DNA of 64,000 nucleotides, taken from the NCBI GenBank assembly GCA_964036045.1, contig OZ038378.1:5828001-5892000 (forward strand). Direction: 5' to 3'. The DNA comes from Eutreptiella sp. 'Long Island Sound 2002' (lineage: Eukaryota > Protista > Euglenida). The position numbers were made by a program, and so were the translations under genes. The notes below the pieces were generated by a model. That model made no database searches. It was not told the origin of the DNA and worked only from the letters and a program-made list of their open reading frames with translations. Of the stretch, positions 1 through 11,184 are shown in pieces (position 1 is the stretch's first letter; every line of letters starts with the position of its first letter).

Positions 1-171
1 AGCTCCGCACGGCCACCGCCGCCGTGTACCTCTCCGACCACCTCCCTGCCGCCCCGCGACCCGGCCCCCCGACGCAATTGGGGTTCAGTATGCTGGGCAT
101 GTGGCACTCGAGTCCGGGTAGGGGCGGTGACAGAAGGGGCACGTTACTCCCCCGTAGCCGGGGGGATGGTC

Positions 172-3100
172 CTAGGAGCGTAGTAGCCGGAGGTGCATGA
201 TGCGGTGGAGGGCCAGCGCTGGGACCTCGGCGCGCTCATACGCGAGGCGGAGTAGGTGAGAGGACCAGCCTGGGGGCAGGGGCCGGAGGTGCAACGCGTG
301 GGTGCGGGTGGTGGTGGCCGCATACGCTGCCTCTGCGGCGCGCGCGGGGCTCAGGAAGATGGCACCTTCACGGAGTGCCACGATGCGGCCGTGGAAGAGT
401 GCGGACCAGGGGAGGGTCCATGGGGAGGCGGTGTGGAGCCCGCGGCGGGCTAGGGTGTCGGCCTCGGCGTTGAGAGTGGCGAGGTGGCTGGCGGAGCCGG
501 AGTCGTGTTGCGCGGGGAGCCAGGCCTCGTGCATGCGGAAGGTGGCGGAGAGGAGGGCCGCTCGGTACGGGATGGAGAGGGCGGAGGAGGGGGGCGGGCC
601 GCTGGTGAGGTCGCAGAGTTGGGAGGCGGTGGAGTCTGAGGCGAAGAGGGCTTCGCCGGACCAGCCGCGGAGGGCGAACATGGCGGCTATCTTGGCGATC
701 CACTCGGCGTCGGTGGAGTGGCCAGCGAGGGCGTGGAGGCCAAGCCAGCCGCGGTAGAGAGTGCCGTGGTGGGGGTGCCAGAGGAGGAAGCCGGCGCCGA
801 GGCGGGTGCCCTCTTGGCTTCCGTCGCATGCGACAACGACGTAGGGGAGGGAGCGGAGGGGGGCCAGTGAGCCGGTGTGGTGCTGCGGAGCGGGGCGCAC
901 GTGGGGGGAGGGGAGGAGGTGGACGGTGATGTCGAGGGGGGCGAGCGCCTGTGCCAGGGCGGGACCTTCGGTGAGCCAGGGGGTGGGGCGGCGTGGGGAG
1001 ACGAGGGACGCCGTGGCGGCCACCGCGAGGGTGTTGGGGCCCCAGGAGGCGCGGAGGTAGGTGCGGAGGAGGTTGAGGGGGGCCCGGTACACCAAGAGGG
1101 GGGCGCCGGGACCGCCCTGCTGGAGGGGGAGGTGGAGGAAGGCCGTGTGTGCCCAGGGGGGCAGACGGAAGGCATGGCGGTAGGCGTTGTTGATGGCGGT
1201 CTGATGGGGGCGGAGGGAGGGGGGGGGAATGAGGACGCCTGAGGTGACGTAGTCGAGGGGGGAGAGGCCGAAGGCGTGCAGGGAGCGGAGCTGGAGTATG
1301 GGGCAGGCCTCGCGGTTGCGGCTGGCCTTGCGCGCCCGGTCGAGGGACGCACGGGATTTGTTGATGACGCGGAGGAGGGGGAGCTCGGGGAGGATGGGGA
1401 TGCCGACGACCTCCGGGGGGGCGGTGGTGGTGGTGCCGGTGTGCTGTGGGACGTCGGCGGTGACGAGGGTTGGCCGGCCAGGGCGGGAATCGATGAGAGA
1501 GAGTTCCTGTTTGTCGGGGTGGATGATGCGGCCGGCGCGGCGAGAGCACTCGCGGCAGTCGGTGGCCATGGCTGCCACGTCCGTGAGGGAGGGGGTGATG
1601 AAGCGACGGTCGTCGCTGTACGAGAGGTGGGTGGCGGGGAGGGACGCGGAGTGGCCGGGGATGGTGAGGGGGAGGGTGATGGAAGTGTTGGGGCGCATGG
1701 CCCTGGTGATCACCAGGCTGGGGGCCTGGTAGTGGAGTTGGGCGAACCCGTCGCTCTGGTTGCCCCCCTCCTAGGTGCTGAAGGGGTGGGCGAACCCTTC
1801 GCGGGTGGCCACGCGGATGACCAGGCGGCTGTAGAAGCCGTCTGCCCAGGGGCCAAAGTCCCACGTGGCGCGGAGGTGGGAGCAGAGGCGGGAGTTGCCC
1901 TGGCGCAGCACCCTGAGGTACGCGTCAGACTCGTCCCAGTCGCAGATGGCGCAGGTGCCGTGGGTGGAGAGGGCTGTGTAGGTGGCGGCGCGGGCTACGA
2001 GGGCGAGGCCTAGGGCGGAGTGGCCCGGGCGGTAGGCGAAGGAGGCGGGGGTGTAGGTGGAGGTGAGCTCGAGGTCGGCGGCTAGGCGGGTCGCGGCGAT
2101 GCCGGAGGCTGCGCCGGAGACGCCCGACTCCACGTCGACGGGGCGGAAGGAGCACGTGAGGTGTCGGGGGAGGGGCTTGGCAGGTTTCCCCTTGTAGAGG
2201 CCGTAGCGGACGGTCTCGTTGGAGACGCTTGGGGTGCCGGATTCAAGTTGGAGGAGGAGGTGAAGCAGCCCGAGGTGGACGCCCCCGCCGCTGCGGAAGA
2301 GCGCTGCGCGTGCCACGTTGTCAGTGGACACGGCGAGGGAGCGTTTGCCCATGCGGCGGTGGGCGAGGGAGGCGGTGGTGATGAGGGGGGGGGACTTGCG
2401 GGCGAGGGCGTACGCCTGGAGGGAGGCGGGAGACTCTGGTCGGGCGTTCGCGTGGAGGGCGTCGCGGAGGAGGGGGAGAGTGAGATCGGTGGGCGGGTGC
2501 AGGAGGGGGAGCCAGGGGTCCGGGGTGCAGCGGGCGGCGAAGAAGGCGTGGTCCACGGAGACGTGCCGGTTAGCGGTTTGGGATCGGGATTGGGCCGTGA
2601 CCTCGGCGAGCCGTTCCTCGCGGGTTGCGAGGGTGGCCCCCGGGTGGGGGAGGATGCCGTGGAACGGTTCCAGGGGTGGGGAGGGTAGCCGGAGGACGGT
2701 GCGGGTGGCGGAGGTGATGGAGGGGGAGGAGAGGATGGCCGCGCGAGAGATGTAGCCGCGGGCGGCCGACGCCTCCCGGAGGGCAGAGGACTGGGCGGCC
2801 AGGTCGTGGGTGGAGAGGGGAAAGGTGAACCGGGCCAGGGAACGTAGTAGGGCGGGGGTGTCGGGCGGGTGCGGGAGCAGCTGGTGCGCGATGAAGTGGT
2901 GGGCGGCGATGTAGTGGTCGGGGAGGGAGGGGGAAAGGGAGAGCCAGCCCCACACTAGGTCAAGGGCGGCTGAGAGGGAGTCCATGTCCTCGAGAGTCGC
3001 CAGGCGCCATCGGAACAGACGCCAAGAGTGGGCGTCGCAGGAGCGGTGGTGCAGGGTGACCTGCGCTAGCACCATGGCGTGCGAGGTGTGGCAAGGGAGG

Positions 3101-4443
3101 ACGTGGTGAGCGTGGGAGGCGATGGGTCCGGTGGCGAAGATGTGGTCGATGGCGGTGGACCGGGGGGAGCCGTGGCCGGTGGTGAAGTTGGTGGGAGTGG
3201 CTGGGGGGACCAGGCGGTGCAAGGCCGAGAGTGGGCCCAAGGCTCCGAGCGCGGAGGCCAGGGGGGTGCCTGGGGCGCCCGTGCTGTTGAGGTCAATCAA
3301 GAGGACGCACAGGTCGGGACGCATGCGGGAGCGGAGGTGGTTCATGAGCTTGACCTCGGACACCCACTCGGAGTACGAGAGGCGCGGGGGGAGGTGGGCG
3401 TTGAACAGGAGGGCACGGCCCCCTAGTGAGAGGGGGACCGCGGAGGCAATCCAGTGCGGGCCGTCGTAGACGAGGTCGGCGGGCCGGGAGGGGGCGCGGA
3501 GGGACCGGAGCCAGGCCGTGCGGAGGCTTGAGCCCTGGCCAGACGCGGTGCTGTAGTGGGCTTCGTATCGTGGTGGGAGGGCGGGGCGGGCTGCGGCCAA
3601 GTCCCAGAGTTCCTGTTCGGCGACCACGTCAGGGGACAGGGCCTCGAGCCAGGTGCGGGCGAGGGAGACTTGGCCGGCGATGCCGCCCCAGTTGTGTGTG
3701 AGGAAGGTGAGGGCTGTGTCGCGGAGGGGGGTGGACGCCTGGTCGCGGGGGTCGGGGAGGGAGAGGACGAAGGCGGGGGTCGGCTGGAGGAGGGGGTCCG
3801 GAGGGGGGGCGCAGGGGGTGGCCCAGGGGATGGCCGAGACGGGGACAGCTCCGGGCAGTAGCATGCCCCGGAAGCCTACCACACAGCGGGCGGCGGTGTC
3901 CCGAGTGCATATGGGCGGGGCCTTGTGGGGGGAGGTGCAGAAGAAGTGAGGCCAGTGGTCGGTTGGGGACGTGGGGAGGTCAACGAAGGCGGAGTGAGGT
4001 CTGGGGCGGCCACAGTCGGGGCATGCGGAGGAGGCGACGAGCGGGGCGTCGGGGAGAGCAGGGTGGAGCGTCCACTCTGAGGCCGGGCCCGACGAGCGAG
4101 CGTACGCTGGGGACGGGGGGAGGGGGACCGACGGCAAGTGTGTGGTGTCCCAGTAGGCGGTCCACTTGGCGTCCACGTGCAGGGGTGGGGTGATCCAGAA
4201 GGAGGGGTCGTGACGTTGGCGGGGGAAGGTGGCAAGCCAACCGCACACTGTGGGGTGGGCGGAGGCGAGGAGCGAGGGGGGTAGCGCCGAGGTGGTCTGG
4301 GCGGCGTGCAGAAGGTCTCGAGGGGGGCCCGGGGGGAGGGGGGCGGTTGGGGGGTGCTGGAGGGGGAGAAGGTCTGCGGAGTGTGTGCACTCGGGGCAGT
4401 GCGTGAGGGTCGGGCGCCGTAGCGTGCCGCAGCGGAGGCACAT
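172..4443 (-). pseudogene. ORF2/pol of the LINE: Zn fingers + APE + RT + RNase H
   Basis: ORFs 1771..4443 and 172..1713 are in the same frame, separated by one TAG at 1771-1773. The frame continues past the TAG at 172-174 into DHPPGYGGVTCPFC. Confidence 0.9.
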
Positions 4444-4598
4444 ACGCGGGGCGGAGGCGGGTGGTGGAGTGGGCGCGCGGGGGGGAGTCTCTCAGGTGTA
4501 GGGCTGGGGATAGGGCTCCAGGCCGCGAAGGAGGTCCGCCCCGGCGCGGTAGGCGTCGGGTGGGCGGGGGTAACGGGCGGCGAGGAAGGCTGCCCAGG

Positions 4599-6737
4599 CT
4601 AGGGTCGGGAGGTCGGGAGCGCTGGAGGCGGGGAGAGTGTCCGGCAGGGCGAGTCAGTTGTGCCTGCGGGCGCCGGGAACATGGCGCCGCGGACTGCTCT
4701 GCCTGACGTGGGGGCTGAGGGCGTCGTGCAGCCGTGGTGCCTCGGGGAGCGTCGGGGGGAGGAACGGGGGGGTGATTGCTGGCGGCTGCGTTTGGCAGGG
4801 CGGGGCTGAGAGTCGCCTGGGACGGGCGGGCGGTGGGAGGGGGGGGTGTTGAGTGTGGCGGCGGGGGCGTGCCAGGGTTGCCCATTGTCCCGCCTGCCTT
4901 GGACCGTGAGGGACCAGCCCTCGGCGTGCTGGATGACGCGTGTGGGTAGGGAGGCAAAAAGGGAGGCGTGTAGGGCGGGGGTGATGGAAGCGAACGCGTG
5001 TCCGCGGCGGGCATCGGCGTCAGTGACGTACACGACGGTCTGCAGGTTGTGGGTGAGGGTGACCGCCATGGAGGCGTGTGGGCCCAGGCGGAGGCCAGAG
5101 ACGCGGACGATGCCGGATGCGGCCGGTGAGGAGCCGACGGGGGCGAAGGTGGGAACTGAGGAGGCGGGGGTGGCGCCGGTGGCGGAGGCTGCGGGGGCGC
5201 CCGGGGGGAGTGGCTGGCTGAGGAGGGGTGGCGCGAGCGGGGCGGTGGTGCCTGGGGCTTGCAGGGAGGGCGCTGGTGGGGCGGAGGAGCCAAGGCGGAA
5301 CCAGTCCAGGTCCGCCGTGGAGCGGGGGGGGAGGGCAGTTTTGGTGTAGGAGGTGAGCTCTTGGAACTGGGCCGGGGTGGAAAGACGGCCGCACAACCGT
5401 GCGATGGCTGTGCGGAGGGTGTCGGCGGAGGAGACGTGCTGGAGGTCCCGGTAGGCCTCTATGGGGAAGGAGGGGGCGCTGGCGATGGTGAAGGCCGCCG
5501 TCAGCCAGGGAGTGTCGGCATGGGCTTGAGCGGCTGTGATGAGGGGCTGGATGGCCTGGAGTGCAGGCAGGCAGGCTGCGGAGGAGGCGGCGGCTCCGTA
5601 CCGCTGGGAGACCAGGGTGAGGAGCTTGTTGAGATGGAGGCGGAGGGTGGGCTTGTGGAGGTCGGGGCAGGAGTGCCAGGCACCCTTGGCGGCGAGTACC
5701 AAGCTGGCGGTGGACGTGGAGACCGAGAGGTGTTGTACGGTCCTAGGGGGCAGGTGGCAGTTCTTGCCCATGGCCACAATGCACATGGCCGTGTGGTGGG
5801 CGTCGGCCTCGGGGACGGAGGAGAGGCCGTCGAGCAAGGACAGCGTGTCCTAGGAGCTCGGGGCTGGGCCAGCCTGGAAGAGTGTCTCCCAGTCCGACGG
5901 GGGCGGTGCGGGCGGCTGCGGTGGTTGGGGACGGGGGGGAAGCAGGGACGAGGGCTGTGGAGCGTTGGGGGGAGCGGGGGCGGGGGCGGGGGCGGGGACA
6001 TCGGGGGCTGCTGGGGGGTCGTCCGCCTGCGGGTGCGCGCGGCGGGCGGCTGCGGTGATGGCGGTGGAGATGTTGGGGGTGCGAATTGAACCATCATCTT
6101 TCCGGTGGTTCAACTCGGTGTACCACCGTTGGGCTGACAGGGGGCACGGGGCGGGGACACGGACGTGGGGGCTGGCGGGGTCGAAGACGCAGCTGAGGGG
6201 GGGGCAGGCCAGCCGGGAGCCAGTCTGCTGGGCCGCCCAGGTCGCCAGCCAGTGGAGGAGGGCGACCCGGGCGACCTTGGGCTTGATGGCCTCCTCGAAG
6301 GCGAGGAGGTCAAGGAGGCGGCGGAAGGGGATGGAGGGGGGGAGGTCGGGGGAGAAGGGGGAAATGTGGGCGAGGGCGGCTGAGGCGAGGGTGGCCTGGT
6401 CGAGGGTGGAGGCCCGGGCGCCCCAGTCGATGAGGGCGCTCATGCAGGAGGCGTAGGGGAGCCACAAGGCGTCGTGGTGTGTGGTGAGGAGGGAGATCTC
6501 GTTCTCGGTGAGCTGCTCGGTGAAGGCGAACCACCAGAGGAGGGGGCTGGCTTCGATGGGGGAGCCGGCAAGGGGGATGGAGAGGACGTCCACATTCGCT
6601 GGCATGTGGCGTGCGGAGGCGAGTAGGCGTGGAGGTTGTTGTGAGTCCAGGGCGATGGACAGGAGGGGCCAGGCGTCGGCCGCCGTCAACTGTTCGCGCT
6701 GGAGGTCGGGGGACAGAGCTGAGAATGGGTGTGCCAT
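4599..6737 (-). pseudogene. ORF1-like region of the LINE with an RRM-like domain
   Basis: ORFs 5850..6923 and 4599..5837 are in frame across a single TAG at 5850-5852. GIVRVSGL...RGHAFASI (~5115-4985) resembles RNP2/RNP1. Likely ATG at 6737 (MAHPFSAL). Confidence 0.65.
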
Positions 6738-6884
6738 GGTGCCTGTGGGGAGCGGTGCAAGGGAGGGTCCGACACACGGCGTGCCGGGGGGTGGGAGTAC
6801 CGTCGCCGGCTGTGGGCGCCGGCCGTGGAGCGGGGTGGGGGAGGGGGGGGGGTGGGCCGGGGAGGGCGGGCGGGGGGAAGGAAT

Positions 6885-7180
6885 AAGCCGAGGCAAGCGC
6901 TCAGGGCCCGGAGGCTCCGGCATGCAGAGCGAACAATGCTACCGGCAGTGGCGCAAAGTGAGAAAAGGGGGGGGGGGCAGGCGGGTCTGGCGTGGGCGTG
7001 GGTGGCTGTTGGGTGTGGTGTCAAGTGGGTGGGAGGACGGTGGGGGGCGTGTGCCGGGGGTGTGAGCCGGGGGTGGGGCGGGGCGGGTGGGAGGGGGGCA
7101 GGAAAAAGCCGAGGCAAGCGCTCGAGGCCCGTAGGCTCCGGCATGCAGAGCGAACAGTGCTACCGGCAGTGGCGCAAAGT
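6885..7180. repeat. ~75-bp direct repeat, two copies 221 bp apart, in the LINE 5' region
   Basis: AAGCCGAGGCAAGCGCTC...CAGTGGCGCAAAGT at ~6885-6959 and ~7106-7180, with a few mismatches. Confidence 0.9.
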
Positions 7181-8177
7181 ATGAAGGGGGGGGGGGGGGC
7201 TGGCGGGTCTGGCGAGAGTGGGGGCTGTCGCTGGGCGTGGCGTTCGTCGCGAGGTGGTGACGGTTGGGGGTGCGTCTGGCGAGGGGAGGGGTGTGGCGGC
7301 GCCGCCCGGCTGGCGGTGTCCGGTGCGGCGTGTCAGGGTTGTGGGGCGAGGGTGCTCGACAGACTTCGGTCCAGAGCTGGGCCCCAGGGGAGTGGTGGTG
7401 TGTGGCGGTGGTGGGTGAGTCCTGCTACCGGTGTCCTACTACGAGGAGGTGATGAGGATGCAGACTGCACGGGAACTGAGGCCGGAGAGCCTGGGGCGGG
7501 GGTATGGGGCGCTGGCGGCGGGTTATCCCCGGCTGGGATGGCTGGGGTGCCCTGGGGTCCCGTGGGGGCGGAGGCTCCCCACGTCGGCCGGGTGCGAAAC
7601 CACGACCTGTGTTTCCGTCACCGAAGTTCTTAGGTTTCTACCCCAGGAACTTACCCGCCGCGGGGACTGTGGGCCGGGACGGCCAAGGGGGATGACCATG
7701 AAGAGGAAGCGGGGGGCCAGGATGAGCTTGGCGGTCGGCACCTTCCCTCGGCCTGGGGGAGGCCGTTGCCCGGGGCTATTACCTCCTTCCTGCGGCCGTG
7801 GGGCTGTGGTGGGTGGAGGTGTGGTATCCCCCAACGGGTGTCTGTGCCCGGTGCCGTGGGTACAGACCCCTGTTGGGGGCGGGTACGAAGCGCCCGGTCG
7901 CCTCGCCCCCCCTGCACAACAGCCCGCCAGGCGCCTCTAGGCCTTTAGCGCCAGCTGGTGTGGGGGGGGGCGCTTGGGGCAGTACGGGGCCCCTCCGCAC
8001 TCCTGGCGGCCCGAACTGCCTGTATAACGAAACTAGGGTGACGCGGGCTCGAACCGCACGTGCGGGCTGCGCCGCCCCAGCCGGGGTGGGGGACAGGGGG
8101 GGGGACTGGGGGTCGAGACAGGTGGGACCGCTCACCGGCTGGCCCCACCACCCTCCACGTTGGAGTCACAGTGTACG

Positions 8178-8260
8178 GGGTTCTTGGGGCCCCGCCCAGG
8201 GTCCTTGGGTCCCCACCCAGGGTTCTGTGGGCCCCACCCAGGGGCCGTCGGCCCCCCCCG
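8178..8260. repeat. ~21-bp minisatellite, 3-4 copies
   Basis: GGGTTCTTGGGGCCCCGCCCA / GGGTCCTTGGGTCCCCACCCA / GGGTTCTGTGGGCCCCACCCA. Confidence 0.8.
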
Positions 8261-9408
8261 TCCGGTCACTGTGTGCGGGGCGCGAGGGCAAAGGGAGGAG
8301 AGGGCGGGAGGGCAAAGGCCACTCGCGGCCATGACACATGGTGCATAGGGAGGGAGGTATGACTCACGCAACGCCATGATGCACGCAGCAGGGGGAAGGG
8401 GGGGCAAGGCCTGGACCCCCACCGCGTATGGGGGGTCCCCTTGTCAGCCAGGCGTCCGCCCGTCGGCGGCTGCGGTAGCCCACCTCGGTGGCGACGGCAA
8501 CCTGAGAAAGAAGGAGTGGGGGTGTGGAGGGGAGGCGGGGGCATGGTGAGCACGCGGGGTGGGGGGGGCTGTGGGCTGGTGGGTGGGCGCGCGCGCGAGG
8601 GGGTGGGGATGCGGTGAGCTCAGCCGCGAGCGTCACCGTGTGGCTGACCGGGGAAGGGGGGCGGCCGGGGCTGGCCAAAGTCGGCCGGGGAGCCCGGGGC
8701 GCCCGCGGTGCTGGGGGCCGCGGTCAGCGGTGGGGCCCGCACCCCGCTCGGCGGGGACGAATCCCGCCGAGCATCATCCACGGGGGCGAGCCCTGATGGA
8801 GGCGGGGGGAGTGCCGCACCGTCCCCTCGCGGCCGAACCGGACCGGGACGGGCCCCGCCGGATGGATACCGGGGGGGCGGGCGGGGCTGGGCAACGGGGC
8901 TCTGGTGCCCGGGTCCCTGGCGGTCGTGGGCCGGCGCGGGGGAGACCGGGCGGGCCCCTGGGCTGCGGCTGGTGAGGGGGGGCGTGGAAGGGCCGGGCGG
9001 GCTCGGGGGCGAACCCCGAGAGGCCCTCGGGGGCTGGGCGAGGGCTCCCGAGGGCGGCCGTTCCTTGGGAGGGAGGGGGGGGCCGGCTCCCTGCCCGGGG
9101 AACGACGGGGGCCCCTCTTGAGCGAGGGGGGGGGGTGGGCGTGTATTGCCCGGTGTAGGGCCATGTCTATTCATGGCCACGCGGCATGGGACTATATCCC
9201 CAACCCTCCGCGCCGGAGTCCCTTTGTGGGGGGGGTCGTGGGGGGGGGGGGGGGGGGGCTGGCGGTTGTTGTGTGCACCCACCCGCGTGGGGGGGGGGTT
9301 GCCGGTGGGAGCCTCGTCCGGCTGGGCCGAAAAAACCCGGTGGCGTCCCCTGGGCTCGTGGGCCCCTTCGAGGAAGAACCTCGGATTCGCCGGGGGGGAC
9401 TCCGCTAT

Positions 9409-9488
9409 ATGGTATGGTATGGTATGGTATGGTATGGTATGGTATGGTATGGTATGGTATGGTATGGTATGGTATGGGATGGTATGGT
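9409..9488. repeat. (ATGGT)16 microsatellite
   Basis: Directly visible; one ATGGG variant. Confidence 0.98.
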
Positions 9489-9499
9489 ACCAACGGAAT

Positions 9500-10390
9500 G
9501 CCGCCCCTGGTGCAAGCCTGCGACGACCTGCTGCTCGTAGCACATTCACTGCAGCAGTTCGTTGAGTATGCAGGGGCTAATACTTGGCGGGCATGGGCAT
9601 GTCACTGAATGTCCGTAAGCGCGCGTCAGAGGGGGTCAGAGCAGGGGTGCCAGTGGCCGTGCCCCTGCTCGCTCCCCATCGACGGGGTGGGACGGCACCT
9701 CCGCCTTTGTGGGAGATACATGGGCACAATGCATTTCAACAGGCGTGTGCGTGGTCGGGCAACGTCCGTGACTGGGCCACAGTGGTGTTAGTTCCGGGCG
9801 CAGATGCACCAGACCCGGAGATGCCCGCGGTGCCAGGACTGCTGCAGCTTGAGCACGTCCCTCATGACCCGCATGTGGCTGTCACGTCGCAGTCGCATGG
9901 TGGGTCGGTGGAGTGGGGCACGGTGGTCCTCTACCAGCCCATGCAATCTATGGCGGTTTGGGGCGTGGAGTACACGACAGCCCTGAATGGCATAGTGGCC
10001 ATCCGCACCATGGAAGCTCACTCGAGGCCCCAGGACGCCTTCCGACCAGAGGTACGGTTGCGCCCGGAGCTTTCCTTGGCCACTGCCTCGATGGTGGGCA
10101 CCGTGGCCACAAGCCCACATTGGGGCGTGGCATGGCTAGAGCCGCATACGTACTGCTAGGGTCCGAACGGGGTGCCTGGGTGGCCTGGCTTTGGGCAGGC
10201 CGCCTTCATGTGCTTCGGCTACTGTCGACGAGCGTCATTGCACACAAAGACGCTCGGCAATTTATTGTGGGCACAAAATGGCTTCAGTTGTCACAGGACG
10301 ATGATGTCATACAAAGCACCGCTTAACTGCAAATTTCTGCAGACAATGTGCTTGTGGGGTTTGGACCTCACACCATCATCGCCTTGATTC
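9500..10390 (+). mobile_element. 5'-truncated, decayed non-LTR RT fragment (second LINE family)
   Basis: QACDDLLLVAHSLQQF followed, after a frameshift, by LAGMGMSLNVRK matches the RT YADD motif and the following GLxLNxxK motif. The rest has frameshifts and stops. Confidence 0.7.
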
Positions 10391-10624
10391 TGTACCCTGT
10401 CGCCTCATCAAATGCGGATTCATGAGCAGTCAGTCGGAGGACTCCAGACAACACCGGCATCTATGGCCTCGTCTTGAGATCATTGGGTGCATCCGACGAC
10501 CTTCATGTGCCAATAGTCGACCGACCGGAATGGGGGTTCGGACTTCGGGGCTGTCGCTCACGGACTGAATGCTGTCTCCACTGGAACAAGGGACAGGGAT
10601 TGACCCACGAACAGTGGCACGGAC

Positions 10625-10888
10625 CTCGCCAGCGCAGGCGCTGAGCTGCTTGGCCGGCAGCGGTGTACCGGCCACGTAGGCTTCCGTCACATAGATCTCA
10701 GGCAAATGGAGTGCACTTGCGCCGACGAATGCGATGCAGCCCGCGGCGGAGATGTGGAACGTCTCATCCAGGTACAGGCCCTGCAGGTCCACAGGCGTTG
10801 CGGTCCCATCCTCCCCGAGCCGCGCTAGTTGGTGGCAGACCCCCTCGGCATGGGATGCAAAGATGCCGGCGGCTGTCCAGAATACGTC
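10625..10888 (-). CDS. S9-family peptidase gene, exon 4 (88 aa, DVFWTAAG...SACAGE)
   Basis: TTCCTGCAG| acceptor, GAG|GTCCGT donor, 264 nt, phase 0; continues exon 3 (FDRILQ|DVFWT) as beta-propeller-like sequence. Confidence 0.8.
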
Positions 10889-11184
10889 CTGCAGGAATGT
10901 GGATGGGGGTGTGCGCAGAGGGTGTCCATGGGGTGAACAGAGGGATGGGGTCGAGAGCAAGAGGTTGGACAAAGATATGAGGGCTGAGAGAGACTTGTTT
11001 TGGGGGGCGCGTCCACTGGTTATGGAGGGTTGCTGGGGGAGGGGGGGGGGGGAGGGCTGTGGGGAAACGGGGGAGGGCGGACCAGACCAGTTTCGCTGCG
11101 ACTCACCCACTAAAGAGTTGAAAAGGGGGGGCGCTGGGACCGGGCAGTGCATGGGGTGCGGCCTAGATTTGGGAGGTCCCAGCG

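Larger units (their letters stand above)
85..6950 (-). mobile_element. APE-type non-LTR retrotransposon (LINE) with RNase H, nearly full-length but mutationally inactivated
   Basis: Joined minus-strand ORFs give APE motifs (THNWGG, QELW, IDLN, AIDHIF, HTSH at ~3700-3090), RT motifs (FAYRPGHS, ICDWDESDAY, GGNQSD, SYSDD at ~2050-1610), RNase H motifs (ACDGS, DAEW, ASDS, NAEAD at ~845-450) and a CPFC remnant at ~130. The 5' boundary is uncertain. Confidence 0.93.

Noticed and set aside
1-90. L1-type twin-priming inversion
   Set aside because: The segments converge 3'-to-3' at the element's 3' end, whereas twin priming gives a 5' inversion.
8034-8110. tRNA gene
   Set aside because: Only a T-arm is present; there are no acceptor, D or anticodon stems.
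8130-8200. HDV-like ribozyme or ingi/L1Tc 77-nt signature (CCACCCTCCACGTTGG)
   Set aside because: No P1/P2 partners were found, and it is on the opposite strand to the LINE.
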